Of a stretch of 64,000 bases of DNA, positions 1-9,026 are shown piece after piece; position 1 is the first letter of the stretch, and the number at the start of each line of letters is the position of its first letter. Under the pieces are notes generated by a model. It worked only from the letters and a program-made list of their open reading frames with translations. It was not told where the DNA came from and did not search any database. The stretch comes from Candidatus Palauibacter ramosifaciens (GTDB lineage: Bacteria; Gemmatimonadota; Gemmatimonadetes; Palauibacterales; Palauibacteraceae), in the NCBI GenBank assembly GCA_009845855.1, contig VXYT01000101.1:14459-78458 (forward strand). The letters are read 5' to 3'. The position numbers and the translations under genes were made by a program.

Positions 1-742
1 GCCGCGGGACGCCGGCGGTGTGGTAGTGGCCGATCCAGGGGCTCGCGTCCGTCAGCGTCCGGATGATGTCCCCCTCCATGATCTGCATGTGATAGATATC
101 GTAGAGGATCTTCACGCGCGGCGAGTCGATGGCGCGGATGATCTCGAGGGCATAGTCCATGCGGTCGCCGATGTAGTCGACGTGTCCGCCCGGCTTCGAG
201 TTGAGGACCTCGACGAGGATTGTCACGCCCTCGGACTCGGCGATCGGGGCGCACGCTTCGAGGCAGCGGATGGAGTTCTCGATGCCGACGCGGTCTTCCA
301 TGCCGCGGCGGTTGCCGAAGAAGCAGATGACGTTGGGGACCGAGACGCGCGCGGCGTGCGGGATGTGGCGTTCGAAGGCCTCGATGATGCCGGCGTGGTT
401 CCGTGTCTCGTTGAGACCGTCCTCGATCGTCCCGGCCGCCACGTCGCCGCACGAGACCGTGAGGCCGTGGTCGAGCGCGACCGGCCACTCCTCGACCGTG
501 AGCAGATCCATCGCGGTGAGGCCCATGTCGGCCACGCCCCGGCAGAAGGGGGCGAGGGGGATCTCCGCGAAGCACCAGCGCGCCACGGACTGCGTGATGG
601 CGTTGGCGGACCGGCGGTAGTGCGCCGACGCGGAGTTCGCCGTGCCGCCGATGAGCAGGCCGAGCGAGGCGGCGCCGGTTGCCCGCAGGGCGTCGCGGCG
701 GCTGACCGGCTTCCTGTCCCCGGGCGGGGCCGGATCAGTCAT
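1..742 (-). CDS. Hydroxypyruvate isomerase-like / xylose-isomerase-like TIM barrel protein with Tat signal (runs off window edge)
   Basis: Not in the ORF track. Manual translation from ATG at 742: MTDPAPPGDRKPVSRRDALRATGAASLGLL...QSVARWCF...EVLNSK..HVDY...KILYDIYHMQIMEGDIIRTL...IGHYHTAG. The start overlaps the stop of the upstream gene (735-737). Confidence 0.85.
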   Translation of the reverse strand, partial: MTDPAPPGDRKPVSRRDALRATGAASLGLLIGGTANSASAHYRRSANAITQSVARWCFAEIPLAPFCRGVADMGLTAMDLLTVEEWPVALDHGLTVSCGDVAAGTIEDGLNETRNHAGIIEAFERHIPHAARVSVPNVICFFGNRRGMEDRVGIENSIRCLEACAPIAESEGVTILVEVLNSKPGGHVDYIGDRMDYALEIIRAIDSPRVKILYDIYHMQIMEGDIIRTLTDASPWIGHYHTAGVPR

Positions 743-1631
743 CGAGCGCGTCGAGGTGCTCGAAGCTCGCGCGTACCGACCCCATCGGGTCGGCGGGCGC
801 ATCGTGTTCGACGAAGTAGTGGATGAGCCCCGCATCGTCCGAGCGTTCGAAGATCGCCGCGAAGTCGATGATGCCGGCGCCCACGTCTGCCATCCCGCCA
901 TCTTCCGTGCGGTCCTTCACGTGGCAGAGTTGAAAGCGGCCGGGATACCGGCTGAAATAGTCGAACGGGTCGGCGCCGGCGTGCACGAGCCAGTAGAAAT
1001 CGACCTCGTAGGTGACGAGTTCGGGGTCCGTGTTCTCGATCATGACGTCCAGGAGACGTAGGCCGTTTACCTCCTCGAGTTCGAAGTCGTGGTTGTGGTA
1101 GCCGAAGATGAGTCCGGCCTCGCCGCACCGCGTCCCGAGCTCGTTGAATTCGTCCGCGAGGCGGCGGTATCCGTCCACGAGGGCCGACCCCGTGGCGCCG
1201 TCGTTTCCCGGCCGCTCCGGACCCGCCAGGTAGGGGAGGACGAGGTAGCGGTGTCCGATCTCGGCGGCCGCGTCGACGGCCTCCTCGAAGCTCGACCGGA
1301 GTTCCTCGAGCGACAGGTGGGCCGCGGGGGCCGCGAGGCCTTCGGCTTCCAGCGCGGTCCTGATCTCGGTTGGCGAGCGGCCGAAGTAGCCGGCGAACTC
1401 CACCTCGCCGTAGCCGATGCGGGCGACGGACGCCAGCGTTCGCTCGACATCGCGCGCCATCAGTGAGCGCACCGTGTAGAGTTGGAGCCCCCAGGCCTCG
1501 GGGAGCGTCCGGGCCTCGTGGAGCGTCCGGGCCTCGGGGAGTGTTCGGGCCGCGGCGGGCGCCGCATGTCCGGTGCCGGCGAGGAGGAGTCCGGCTCCGA
1601 GCGAGTTCTGCACGAATTTTCGTCTGTCCAT
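735..1631 (-). CDS. Sugar phosphate isomerase/epimerase family TIM barrel protein, Tat-exported
   Basis: MDRRKFVQ Tat motif; GLQLYTVR, GYHNHDFE, EVDFYW, HVKD and YFVEHD motifs. Confidence 0.9.
   Translation of the reverse strand: MDRRKFVQNSLGAGLLLAGTGHAAPAAARTLPEARTLHEARTLPEAWGLQLYTVRSLMARDVERTLASVARIGYGEVEFAGYFGRSPTEIRTALEAEGLAAPAAHLSLEELRSSFEEAVDAAAEIGHRYLVLPYLAGPERPGNDGATGSALVDGYRRLADEFNELGTRCGEAGLIFGYHNHDFELEEVNGLRLLDVMIENTDPELVTYEVDFYWLVHAGADPFDYFSRYPGRFQLCHVKDRTEDGGMADVGAGIIDFAAIFERSDDAGLIHYFVEHDAPADPMGSVRASFEHLDALDD
1494..1550. repeat. 18-bp tandem repeat x3 in the linker after the Tat signal (ARTLPE/ARTLHE)
   Basis: ggcctcggggagcgtccg / ggcctcgtggagcgtccg / ggcctcggggagtgttcg. Confidence 0.85.
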
Positions 1632-1764
1632 GGGCGCAATATGTCGCGCGTCCCGGTCGGCGTCGAACCGCGGGGCTTTTGCCGCGGGCTGCCGGGCCTA
1701 TTATGCGGGGCGCGGTGGCGCCTCCGCCGTCCGCGCGCGTCGATGCGGGCCGGGAGGACCGACT

Positions 1765-2406
1765 GTGAGACGGCGCAGGGCTCTCGAAATCATCGGTGTG
1801 GCCGCGGGCGCGCCGCTGCTGGCGCCGGGGAGTGCGGTGGCGGAGGCCCTGGCGCTCGGGCAGCGCATCCGGTCGGCGGCCGGCCCGGTCGGCGGCGCGC
1901 CGCCCGCGACGCTCACGCCCGCGCAGGCGCGGACAGTGACGGCGCTCGCCGAGGTCATCATCCCCAGGACCGACACGCCCGGCGCGAGCGAGGCGGGCGT
2001 TACCGCATTCGTCGATGCCCTCCTGAGCGGTTGGCTGGACGCGTCGGACCGCGACCGTTTCCTGGCCGGCCTGGACGAGATGGACCCGATTGCCCGGGCG
2101 GCCCACGGCGCCGACTTCGCCGACTGCAGCCCGGCTCAGCAGACGGAACTCGTGGCGCGGCTGGACGCGGAGCTCGACCGCCGCCGCCGGGATCCGGATG
2201 AAGACGAGCGGCAGACGTTCTTCTACGACATGAAGCGCTTCACGCTCGCCGGCTACTTCACCTCGCAGGTCGGCTTGCGGTCGCTCGGATACCGGATCAT
2301 CCCCGGCGCCTTCGAGGGGTGCGTCATCCTGGACCAGTACGGCACCGGAGAGGGTCGCCCCGGCGGGCGGCGCAGGCGGCAGAGCCGCGCCGGAGAGCAG
2401 CAGTGA
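1765..2406 (+). CDS. Gluconate 2-dehydrogenase subunit 3 family protein (Tat partner of the GMC oxidoreductase)
   Basis: GTG at 1765 after GGGAGG; RRRALE Tat-like motif; IIPRTDTPGA, KRFTLAGYFTSQVG. Confidence 0.88.
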   Translation: MRRRRALEIIGVAAGAPLLAPGSAVAEALALGQRIRSAAGPVGGAPPATLTPAQARTVTALAEVIIPRTDTPGASEAGVTAFVDALLSGWLDASDRDRFLAGLDEMDPIARAAHGADFADCSPAQQTELVARLDAELDRRRRDPDEDERQTFFYDMKRFTLAGYFTSQVGLRSLGYRIIPGAFEGCVILDQYGTGEGRPGGRRRRQSRAGEQQ

Positions 2407-4091
2407 GCCGGCGGGAGGTCTGGGACGCGATCGTCGTCGGCTCGGGGATCACGGGCGGCTGGGCCGCGAAGGAACTCACCGAACTCGGCCTCAGGACGCT
2501 CGTGCTCGAAGCGGGGCCCATGATCGTCCCCGAGCGCGACTATACCGAGCACGTGCCCCCCTACCGCATGCCGTACCGCGGCTGGAACGACCGCAAGGCG
2601 CTCGCCGCCGAGCAGCCCGTGCAGCGCGAGTGTTACGCCTGCGACGAGATGGGCCGGAAGTTCTTCGTCAACGACATCGAGAACCCGTACACCACGCCGG
2701 ACGAGAAGCCCTTCCTGTGGATCCGGGGCCGCCAGGTCGGCGGGCGCTCGATCATGTGGGCGCGGCAGTCGTACCGCCTCAGCGACCTCGACTTCGAGGC
2801 CAACGCGCGCGACGGGATCGGGGTCGACTGGCCGATCCGCTACTCGGACCTCGCCCCTTGGTACGCGCACGTCGAGGAGTTCGTGGGCATCAGCGGCCAG
2901 CCGGAGGGACTTCCCCAGCTGCCCGACGGCGTCCTCCTGCCTCCCATGCAGATGACCTGCGTCGAGAACGCGGTGAAGGAGGCGATCGCCCGCGACTTCG
3001 GCGACACCCGGATGATGACGATCGGGCGCACGGCCGTCCTCACCCGCGACCACAAGGGACGGAGCGCCTGTCACTACTGCGGTCCCTGCCACCGCGGCTG
3101 CATCACGAAGAGCTACTTCAGTTCGCTCAACGCCACCCTCCCCGCCGCCGAGGCCACGGGCCGGATGACGCTGCGCCCGGACAGCGTCGTGCACAGCGTG
3201 ATCTGGGACCCCGCCCGCGGCCGCGTCGCGGGCGTGCGCGTCATCGACCGTCAGACGGGGGAGGATCTGGAGTTCTTCGGGGAGATCGTCATGCTGGGCG
3301 CCTCCGCGCTCGAGTCGACGCGGATTCTCCTCCACTCGACATCCGCCGACTTCCCGGACGGACTCGCGAACTCGAGCGGGGTCCTCGGCCGCTATCTCAT
3401 GGATCACACGATGAGCACGGGGGCGAAGGCGAAATTCCCGGGCTGGGAGAACCACGGCTACACCGGCGAGCGTCCGAACGGGATCTACATCCCCCGCTTC
3501 CGCAACGTGACGGAACCGTCGCCCGACTTCATCCGCGGTTACGGCTACCAGGGCTGGTCCACGCGGCAGGGCTGGAGCCGCGGCCTCGACATGCCGGGCT
3601 TCGGGGCGGAATACAAGCGCCGGCTCACGGAACCCGGGGTGTGGGAGTTCGAACTCGGCGCCTTCGGGGAATGTCTCCCGCGCGAGGAAAACTACATCGA
3701 ACTCGACCCGGAGCGCGTCGACGCGTGGGGCATCCCCGCCCTCCGCATCCACTGTGAGTGGAGCGATAACGAGCGCCTGATGATGCGGGACAGCGCGGAC
3801 CGCGCCGCGGAAATGCTGGAAGCCGGCGGTGGCACGGACATCGAGCTGCTGACCGACATCACCGCGCCCGGTCTCACGATTCACGAGATGGGGACGGCGA
3901 GGATGGGGCGGGATCCGTCGACCTCTGTCCTCAACAGCTACAACCAGGCATGGGATGCGCCGAACCTGTTCGTGATCGATGGCGCGGCCATGCCCTCATC
4001 CGCCTGCCAGAACCCGTCCCTCACCTACATGGCCCTCACCGCCCGCGCCTGCCACTACGCGCTCTGGGCGAAGAACCGCGGCGAGCTCTAG
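2403..4091 (+). CDS. GMC family FAD oxidoreductase (glycoside 3-dehydrogenase-like large subunit)
   Basis: GTGA overlap; DAIVVGSGITGGWAAKEL, GGRSIMW, CHYCGPCHRGC, HEMGTARMG, NPSLTYMALT. Confidence 0.93.
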   Translation: MSRREVWDAIVVGSGITGGWAAKELTELGLRTLVLEAGPMIVPERDYTEHVPPYRMPYRGWNDRKALAAEQPVQRECYACDEMGRKFFVNDIENPYTTPDEKPFLWIRGRQVGGRSIMWARQSYRLSDLDFEANARDGIGVDWPIRYSDLAPWYAHVEEFVGISGQPEGLPQLPDGVLLPPMQMTCVENAVKEAIARDFGDTRMMTIGRTAVLTRDHKGRSACHYCGPCHRGCITKSYFSSLNATLPAAEATGRMTLRPDSVVHSVIWDPARGRVAGVRVIDRQTGEDLEFFGEIVMLGASALESTRILLHSTSADFPDGLANSSGVLGRYLMDHTMSTGAKAKFPGWENHGYTGERPNGIYIPRFRNVTEPSPDFIRGYGYQGWSTRQGWSRGLDMPGFGAEYKRRLTEPGVWEFELGAFGECLPREENYIELDPERVDAWGIPALRIHCEWSDNERLMMRDSADRAAEMLEAGGGTDIELLTDITAPGLTIHEMGTARMGRDPSTSVLNSYNQAWDAPNLFVIDGAAMPSSACQNPSLTYMALTARACHYALWAKNRGEL

Positions 4092-4115
4092 TCGGTTCGA
4101 ACCGCGGGCCGCGAT

Positions 4116-5438
4116 TCAGGCGGAAGCGGCGAGCGCGTCGGCGATCTGCTCCATCTCCGCCATCGTGTTGTACATGTGCGGGCAGAGCCGGATGCCCGGG
4201 AAGACGCCGCGGCGGAGCGCTCCCGCGACGCCGTGCTCCTCGTAGATCCGGTTGTAGATCTCCGTGTGGTCGTCGACCCCAAGTTCGGCGATGACCACGC
4301 CGCCGCCGAGGCCGGGTACGTCCGACGTGTGGAACTTCACGCCGGGGATGCGCTCGCGGATTGCCCCCTTGAGGCCAGCCGCGAGGGCGCGCATGCGGGC
4401 CTCGATCGCCGCCGCCCCGATCGCCTCGTGGAACTCCACCGTCGTCCCCACGCCCGCCACCGCGGCGTCGTCCCGCTGGCCGTACGTGCCGAACTTGTCG
4501 GCACCGCCGCCCGCGATCGCCCCCTCCCAGCCCACGCCGACGTCGCTCGGCCACAGCTCCGCGACCCGTTCGGCCCGGACGTAGAGGACCCCGGCTTCCT
4601 TCGGCCCGCAGAACCACTTGTGGGCGCTCCCGGTGTACGAGTCGCAGCCCATGGCGTGCAGGTCGACTTCCACCGCGCCGAAGCTCTGCGCCCCGTCCAT
4701 GTGCACGTAGATCCCCCGGTCGCGCGCGATGCGGCACAGGCGCCGCGCCGGCAGTTCGACCCCCGAGATGTTCGAGATCTGCGTGACCGCGAGCACCCGC
4801 GTGCGGTCGGTGAAGGCGCTCACGAACGCGTCGATCAGTTCGTCCTCCGTCTCGGGCGCCGGCGGCGTCGCCACCCGGATCACCCTGTAGCCCCAGCGGT
4901 CCGCCCGGACGTCCCACGCCACGTTGTTCGTGGGATGGTTCTGATCCCACAGCACGACCTCGTCTCCCGCGCCCAGCGTGAGCCCGTTGATGACGGTGTT
5001 GTTGCTCTCGGAGGTGTTGCGGGTGACGACGATCTCATCGGGCGAGGCGCCGAGCAGCCGCGCGAGCGCTTCCACGGACTCCGCGGCCAGCGCGTTGAAC
5101 TTGGCCCGGTTGTGGAACGAGGCGTCCTGATCGATGTCGCGCGTGTAGCCGAACACCGCCTCCTGCACGGGATACGGCGAGGGGCAGAGATTCGCCGCGT
5201 TCACGAGGATGAGTCCGGGACGGAGCGGGAACTGTGACTTCACCATCTCCCAGAAGGACTCGTCCTCCGTCCCCGGGAAGCCTCGCCGCGCCGACAGTTC
5301 CTCCAGGTTGAGACGTGGCCTCGATGGGACCCGCGTCCACGCCGGAGTCGCCGCGAGGGCGGCCCCCGCCGCGGCGTGCTTGAGGAATCGGCGACGGTCG
5401 GGCGGTCGGGTCGCGTCGGTGGGCGTGCGGGTCGTCAC
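4116..5438 (-). CDS. Class V PLP aminotransferase-fold enzyme (cysteine desulfurase/isopenicillin epimerase-like) with Tat signal
   Basis: GTG at 5438 after GGAGGT; DRRRFLK Tat motif; HMDGAQSFG and SAHKW PLP-lysine motif. Confidence 0.88.
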   Translation of the reverse strand: MTTRTPTDATRPPDRRRFLKHAAAGAALAATPAWTRVPSRPRLNLEELSARRGFPGTEDESFWEMVKSQFPLRPGLILVNAANLCPSPYPVQEAVFGYTRDIDQDASFHNRAKFNALAAESVEALARLLGASPDEIVVTRNTSESNNTVINGLTLGAGDEVVLWDQNHPTNNVAWDVRADRWGYRVIRVATPPAPETEDELIDAFVSAFTDRTRVLAVTQISNISGVELPARRLCRIARDRGIYVHMDGAQSFGAVEVDLHAMGCDSYTGSAHKWFCGPKEAGVLYVRAERVAELWPSDVGVGWEGAIAGGGADKFGTYGQRDDAAVAGVGTTVEFHEAIGAAAIEARMRALAAGLKGAIRERIPGVKFHTSDVPGLGGGVVIAELGVDDHTEIYNRIYEEHGVAGALRRGVFPGIRLCPHMYNTMAEMEQIADALAASA

Positions 5439-5644
5439 GGCAACCTCCCGGCTTGTGGGCCACCGCAATCCCGCGCGGCAGCCGCGGTCGTTCAAGCAGC
5501 CCGTGGCAAAACGAACTGCCGTCCAACATAAGACGCGGAACTTCGGGCGGCATGGGGGCGCGCGCGGCGGCCGCGGTCTATGCACGCGGCGAGGCGCGCC
5601 CCATGTTCCGAAAGGCCCCGCGCCCACCACACCAGGAGGTACCC

Positions 5645-7750
5645 ATGGACACGCGCGCCCCCCTTTCCCGCCGCGCCCTCTTCCGGAATCCGGTCCCCCT
5701 CATCGCGCTCTGCGCACTCGGCGTGCTCTTCAGCCTCGCGATCCCCGGCTCGGCGCTGGTCGCGCAGGGAGCGAACGGCGCGCTTGCGCTCGAGTCCTGG
5801 CTCGACTGGGAGCGGGTCCAGGATCCGCGGATCTCGCCGGACGGCGGCGCCGTGGTGTACGAGCGCTTGTGGGTCGACAGGATGAACGACGCGTGGGAGT
5901 CGTCGATCTGGATCGTGAATGCGGACGGGAGCCGTCCGCGCCACCTCGTCGACGGGTCCTCGCCGCGCTGGTCGCCCGATGGCAGCCGGCTCGCATTCCT
6001 CGCGCCAGACGACGAGGGGACCACGCAGATCTTCGTGCGCTGGATGGATGCCGAGGGCGCCGTCTCCCAGGTGACGCGGCTCACGGACAGTCCATCGAAC
6101 CTCGCGTGGTCCCCCGACGGGACGCGCTTCTCGTTCACGATGCGGGTGGGGGCGGAGCAGCCCACGGCGCGCCACTGGTCCATTCCGCTTCCCAAGCCCG
6201 AAGGGGCGACGTGGACGCCGGAGCCGCGGATCATCGAGCGCCTCGTCTATCGGCAGGACCGGGTCGGATTCCTGGGCGACAAGTACCGGCACATCTTCGT
6301 CGTCCCAGCCGAGGGCGGCACGGCGCGCCAGCTCACCCTGGGCGACTTCGATTACGGAGTCCCGGTCTGGGAACCTGACGGACAGTCGCTCCTGTTCAGC
6401 GGTCTCATCGCGGAAGACGCGGTATACCGGTGGCAGGAGACCGAGATCTATCGGCTCGACGCCGCGTCCGGTGAACTGAGCCAGGTCACGACGCGCAAGG
6501 GCCCGGACAACCGGCCGGTGCCATCGCCGGACGGGCGCATGATCGCCTACGTGGGGCACGACACCACGACGTTCGACTACATTGAATCCGCCGTCTACGT
6601 GATGAACGCGGATGGATCGAACCCGCGCGCCCTCACGGCCGAGATGGACCGCAGCCCCGGGGCGCTGCACTGGGCCCCGGACGGCGGCGGCGTCTACTTC
6701 GACGCGGCGGCCGACGGCTATCGCAACCTCCACTACGCCTCGGTGGACGGAGAGGTGCGGGCGATGACCGAGGGCCCGCAGATGTTCGGCCTCAACGACG
6801 TGAGCGGCGGCGGCATGGCCGTGGGGATGTGGGGGGACGCGCACGAACCCGGTGACATCCATGCCTTCCCGGTGGACCGGCCCGACCGGCGCACGAGGCT
6901 GACGGACGTAAACGCCGACGTGCTCGCGGGCGTGACGCTGGGCGAAGTCGAACAGGTCTGGAGCGAGTCGTCCCATGACGGACTCCCGATTCACGGCTGG
7001 GTCATCAAGCCTCCGGACTTCGACGAGTCGCGGCAGTACCCCCTCATCCTCGTGATCCACGGCGGCCCGCACGGCATGTACAACGGCGGATTCAACTTCT
7101 CGTGGCAGGAGCACGCCGCGAACGGATACGTCGTCCTCTACACGAACCCGCGCGGAAGCTCCGGCTACGGGACGGAGTTCGGGAACGCGATCCAGTACGA
7201 CTATCCGAACCACGACTTCGACGACCTCATGTCGAGCGTGGACGAGGTCATCTCCCGCGGGTACGTGGACGATGGCAACATGTTCGTCTACGGGTGCTCG
7301 GGCGGCGGCGTCCTGACCTCGTGGGTCGTAGGGCACACGGACCGCTTCCGGGCCGCGTCGGCGAACTGTCCGGTCGTGAACTGGTTCAACTTCCCGAACG
7401 AGGTCGACGGCAACTACCTGCGCTGGTACGCGGATTTTCGGGAGTTCCCGTGGGTGGACCCGAGCGAGCACATTCGCCGCTCGCCGATCAGCTACGTGGG
7501 TAACGTGACCACGCCGACGATGCTCATGACGGGCGTTCGGGACCTGCGCACGCCGATGTCGCAGACGGAGCAGTTCTACCAGGCGCTCAAGGCGCAGAAC
7601 AAGCCGACGGCGATGGTCCAGTTCGAGGGCGAATGGCACGGCACGTCCCGCCTGCCGTCCAACTTCCTGCGCACGCAACTCATCCTCAGGAAGTGGTTCG
7701 AGCGCTGGGGCACCCACGACGACGAACGCACCGCCGCAACCATGCCGTAG
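5645..7750 (+). CDS. S9 family serine peptidase (acylaminoacyl peptidase-like), exported
   Basis: ATG after AGGAGG; WSPDG propeller repeats; IHGGPH, NPRGSSGYG, GCSGGG nucleophile elbow, DLRTP, EWHG. Confidence 0.92.
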   Translation: MDTRAPLSRRALFRNPVPLIALCALGVLFSLAIPGSALVAQGANGALALESWLDWERVQDPRISPDGGAVVYERLWVDRMNDAWESSIWIVNADGSRPRHLVDGSSPRWSPDGSRLAFLAPDDEGTTQIFVRWMDAEGAVSQVTRLTDSPSNLAWSPDGTRFSFTMRVGAEQPTARHWSIPLPKPEGATWTPEPRIIERLVYRQDRVGFLGDKYRHIFVVPAEGGTARQLTLGDFDYGVPVWEPDGQSLLFSGLIAEDAVYRWQETEIYRLDAASGELSQVTTRKGPDNRPVPSPDGRMIAYVGHDTTTFDYIESAVYVMNADGSNPRALTAEMDRSPGALHWAPDGGGVYFDAAADGYRNLHYASVDGEVRAMTEGPQMFGLNDVSGGGMAVGMWGDAHEPGDIHAFPVDRPDRRTRLTDVNADVLAGVTLGEVEQVWSESSHDGLPIHGWVIKPPDFDESRQYPLILVIHGGPHGMYNGGFNFSWQEHAANGYVVLYTNPRGSSGYGTEFGNAIQYDYPNHDFDDLMSSVDEVISRGYVDDGNMFVYGCSGGGVLTSWVVGHTDRFRAASANCPVVNWFNFPNEVDGNYLRWYADFREFPWVDPSEHIRRSPISYVGNVTTPTMLMTGVRDLRTPMSQTEQFYQALKAQNKPTAMVQFEGEWHGTSRLPSNFLRTQLILRKWFERWGTHDDERTAATMP

Positions 7751-7832
7751 TCGCTCGTGTCCCTGATTCGAGGCAGTCGCGCGTTCACTTGCTGTAGGCG
7801 CGAGGCCTGCCCCGACCCAGGGAGGTGAAGGA

Positions 7833-9026
7833 ATGCAACGAGGGGTGTCTGGCGTGAGTCAGATGATGGCCCTTGGTGTCGTCGCCATAGGCATCAGTCC
7901 GGCGCTCTCCGCGCAGGAGCCGGAGTGCTGGGAGGGCGAGCTCGACCGGCAGGCCGTGACCCGTTTCCTGGCCGCGGGCTGCAACATCAACGAGCGGGAT
8001 ACGGAAGGGAGGAGCCCTCTCCACAGAGTCGCGGCCGCGAATGACTCGGAGGGCGCCGTCGCGCTGCTCGCGGCCGGGGCCGCGTTGGACGCTCGCGATG
8101 AACGGGGTGAGACTCCGCTGCACAGTGCGATCGCAGCCGATTGCGGCACCACGCTGGTGGACCTGTTCCTGGGCCGAGGCGCCGGAGTCTCAGCGGGTGA
8201 CGACGACGGACGTACGCCGCTGCACCACGCCGCGACAGATTGCCAAGTTGCCCAGATCGTCCGCCTGCTTCAAGCTGGGGCGGACATCGGCGTGTTGGAC
8301 GAAACGGGCAGGACACCTCTGCACGTAGCCGGGGAGCGGGGCGAAGCGATGGCGGCGCGGGCGCTCCTGGACGCGGGCGCGGACGTGGATGCACGCGACT
8401 ACCACGGGCGGACGCCCCTTCACGAAGCGGCCTTCCACGAGCTCGGCGCCGTGAGAGTGCTTCTCCAGGCCGGTGCGGATCCTTCCGTACAGGATTTCCA
8501 GGGGCATGCGCCGCTTCATTTCGGCACATATGTGGTCGGCGATGTTGTATTCAGGAAGCGCGTTCTTGAGGCAGAGGTCGGATCAATCATACGGACTTTG
8601 CGGGAGGCGGGCGCGGACATTGGCGCAAGGGACCGGAGTGGCAGCACGCCACTGCACCATGCGGCCCCGCGGGGGCCTCCCGAAGCGATTTCTGCGCTGC
8701 TGGCCGCGGGCGGGGACGTGAATGCACGCGACGAACACGAGGCAACGCCGCTCCATCATTGGGCGCGTCGATTCGGCGATGGCGGCGGACCGGAACTGGA
8801 GCTTCTGATCGCCGCCGGCGCCGACCTGAACGCGGCCGATGACCGGCAACGGAGACCCATCCACTCCGCCTGGCGCTACGGTCGGCCGGCGCCACAGTTG
8901 GAAATGCTCGTGGAGGCCGGTGCGGACGTGAGCGCAAGAGACGTCCACGGCAACACGATATGCGACTTGGCGAGACAAGCGGAGGGCGGGTACGAGCGCT
9001 GGGTCCTACTGGGGATTTGCCAGTGA
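7833..9026 (+). CDS. Secreted ankyrin repeat protein
   Basis: Signal peptide (..ALSA-Q); multiple GxTPLHxAA...LLxAGADVxARD repeats. Confidence 0.92.
   Translation: MQRGVSGVSQMMALGVVAIGISPALSAQEPECWEGELDRQAVTRFLAAGCNINERDTEGRSPLHRVAAANDSEGAVALLAAGAALDARDERGETPLHSAIAADCGTTLVDLFLGRGAGVSAGDDDGRTPLHHAATDCQVAQIVRLLQAGADIGVLDETGRTPLHVAGERGEAMAARALLDAGADVDARDYHGRTPLHEAAFHELGAVRVLLQAGADPSVQDFQGHAPLHFGTYVVGDVVFRKRVLEAEVGSIIRTLREAGADIGARDRSGSTPLHHAAPRGPPEAISALLAAGGDVNARDEHEATPLHHWARRFGDGGGPELELLIAAGADLNAADDRQRRPIHSAWRYGRPAPQLEMLVEAGADVSARDVHGNTICDLARQAEGGYERWVLLGICQ

Noticed and set aside
20-826. 268-aa plus-strand ORF
   Set aside because: Antisense shadow of the minus-strand TIM-barrel gene, which the track missed because it runs off the edge.
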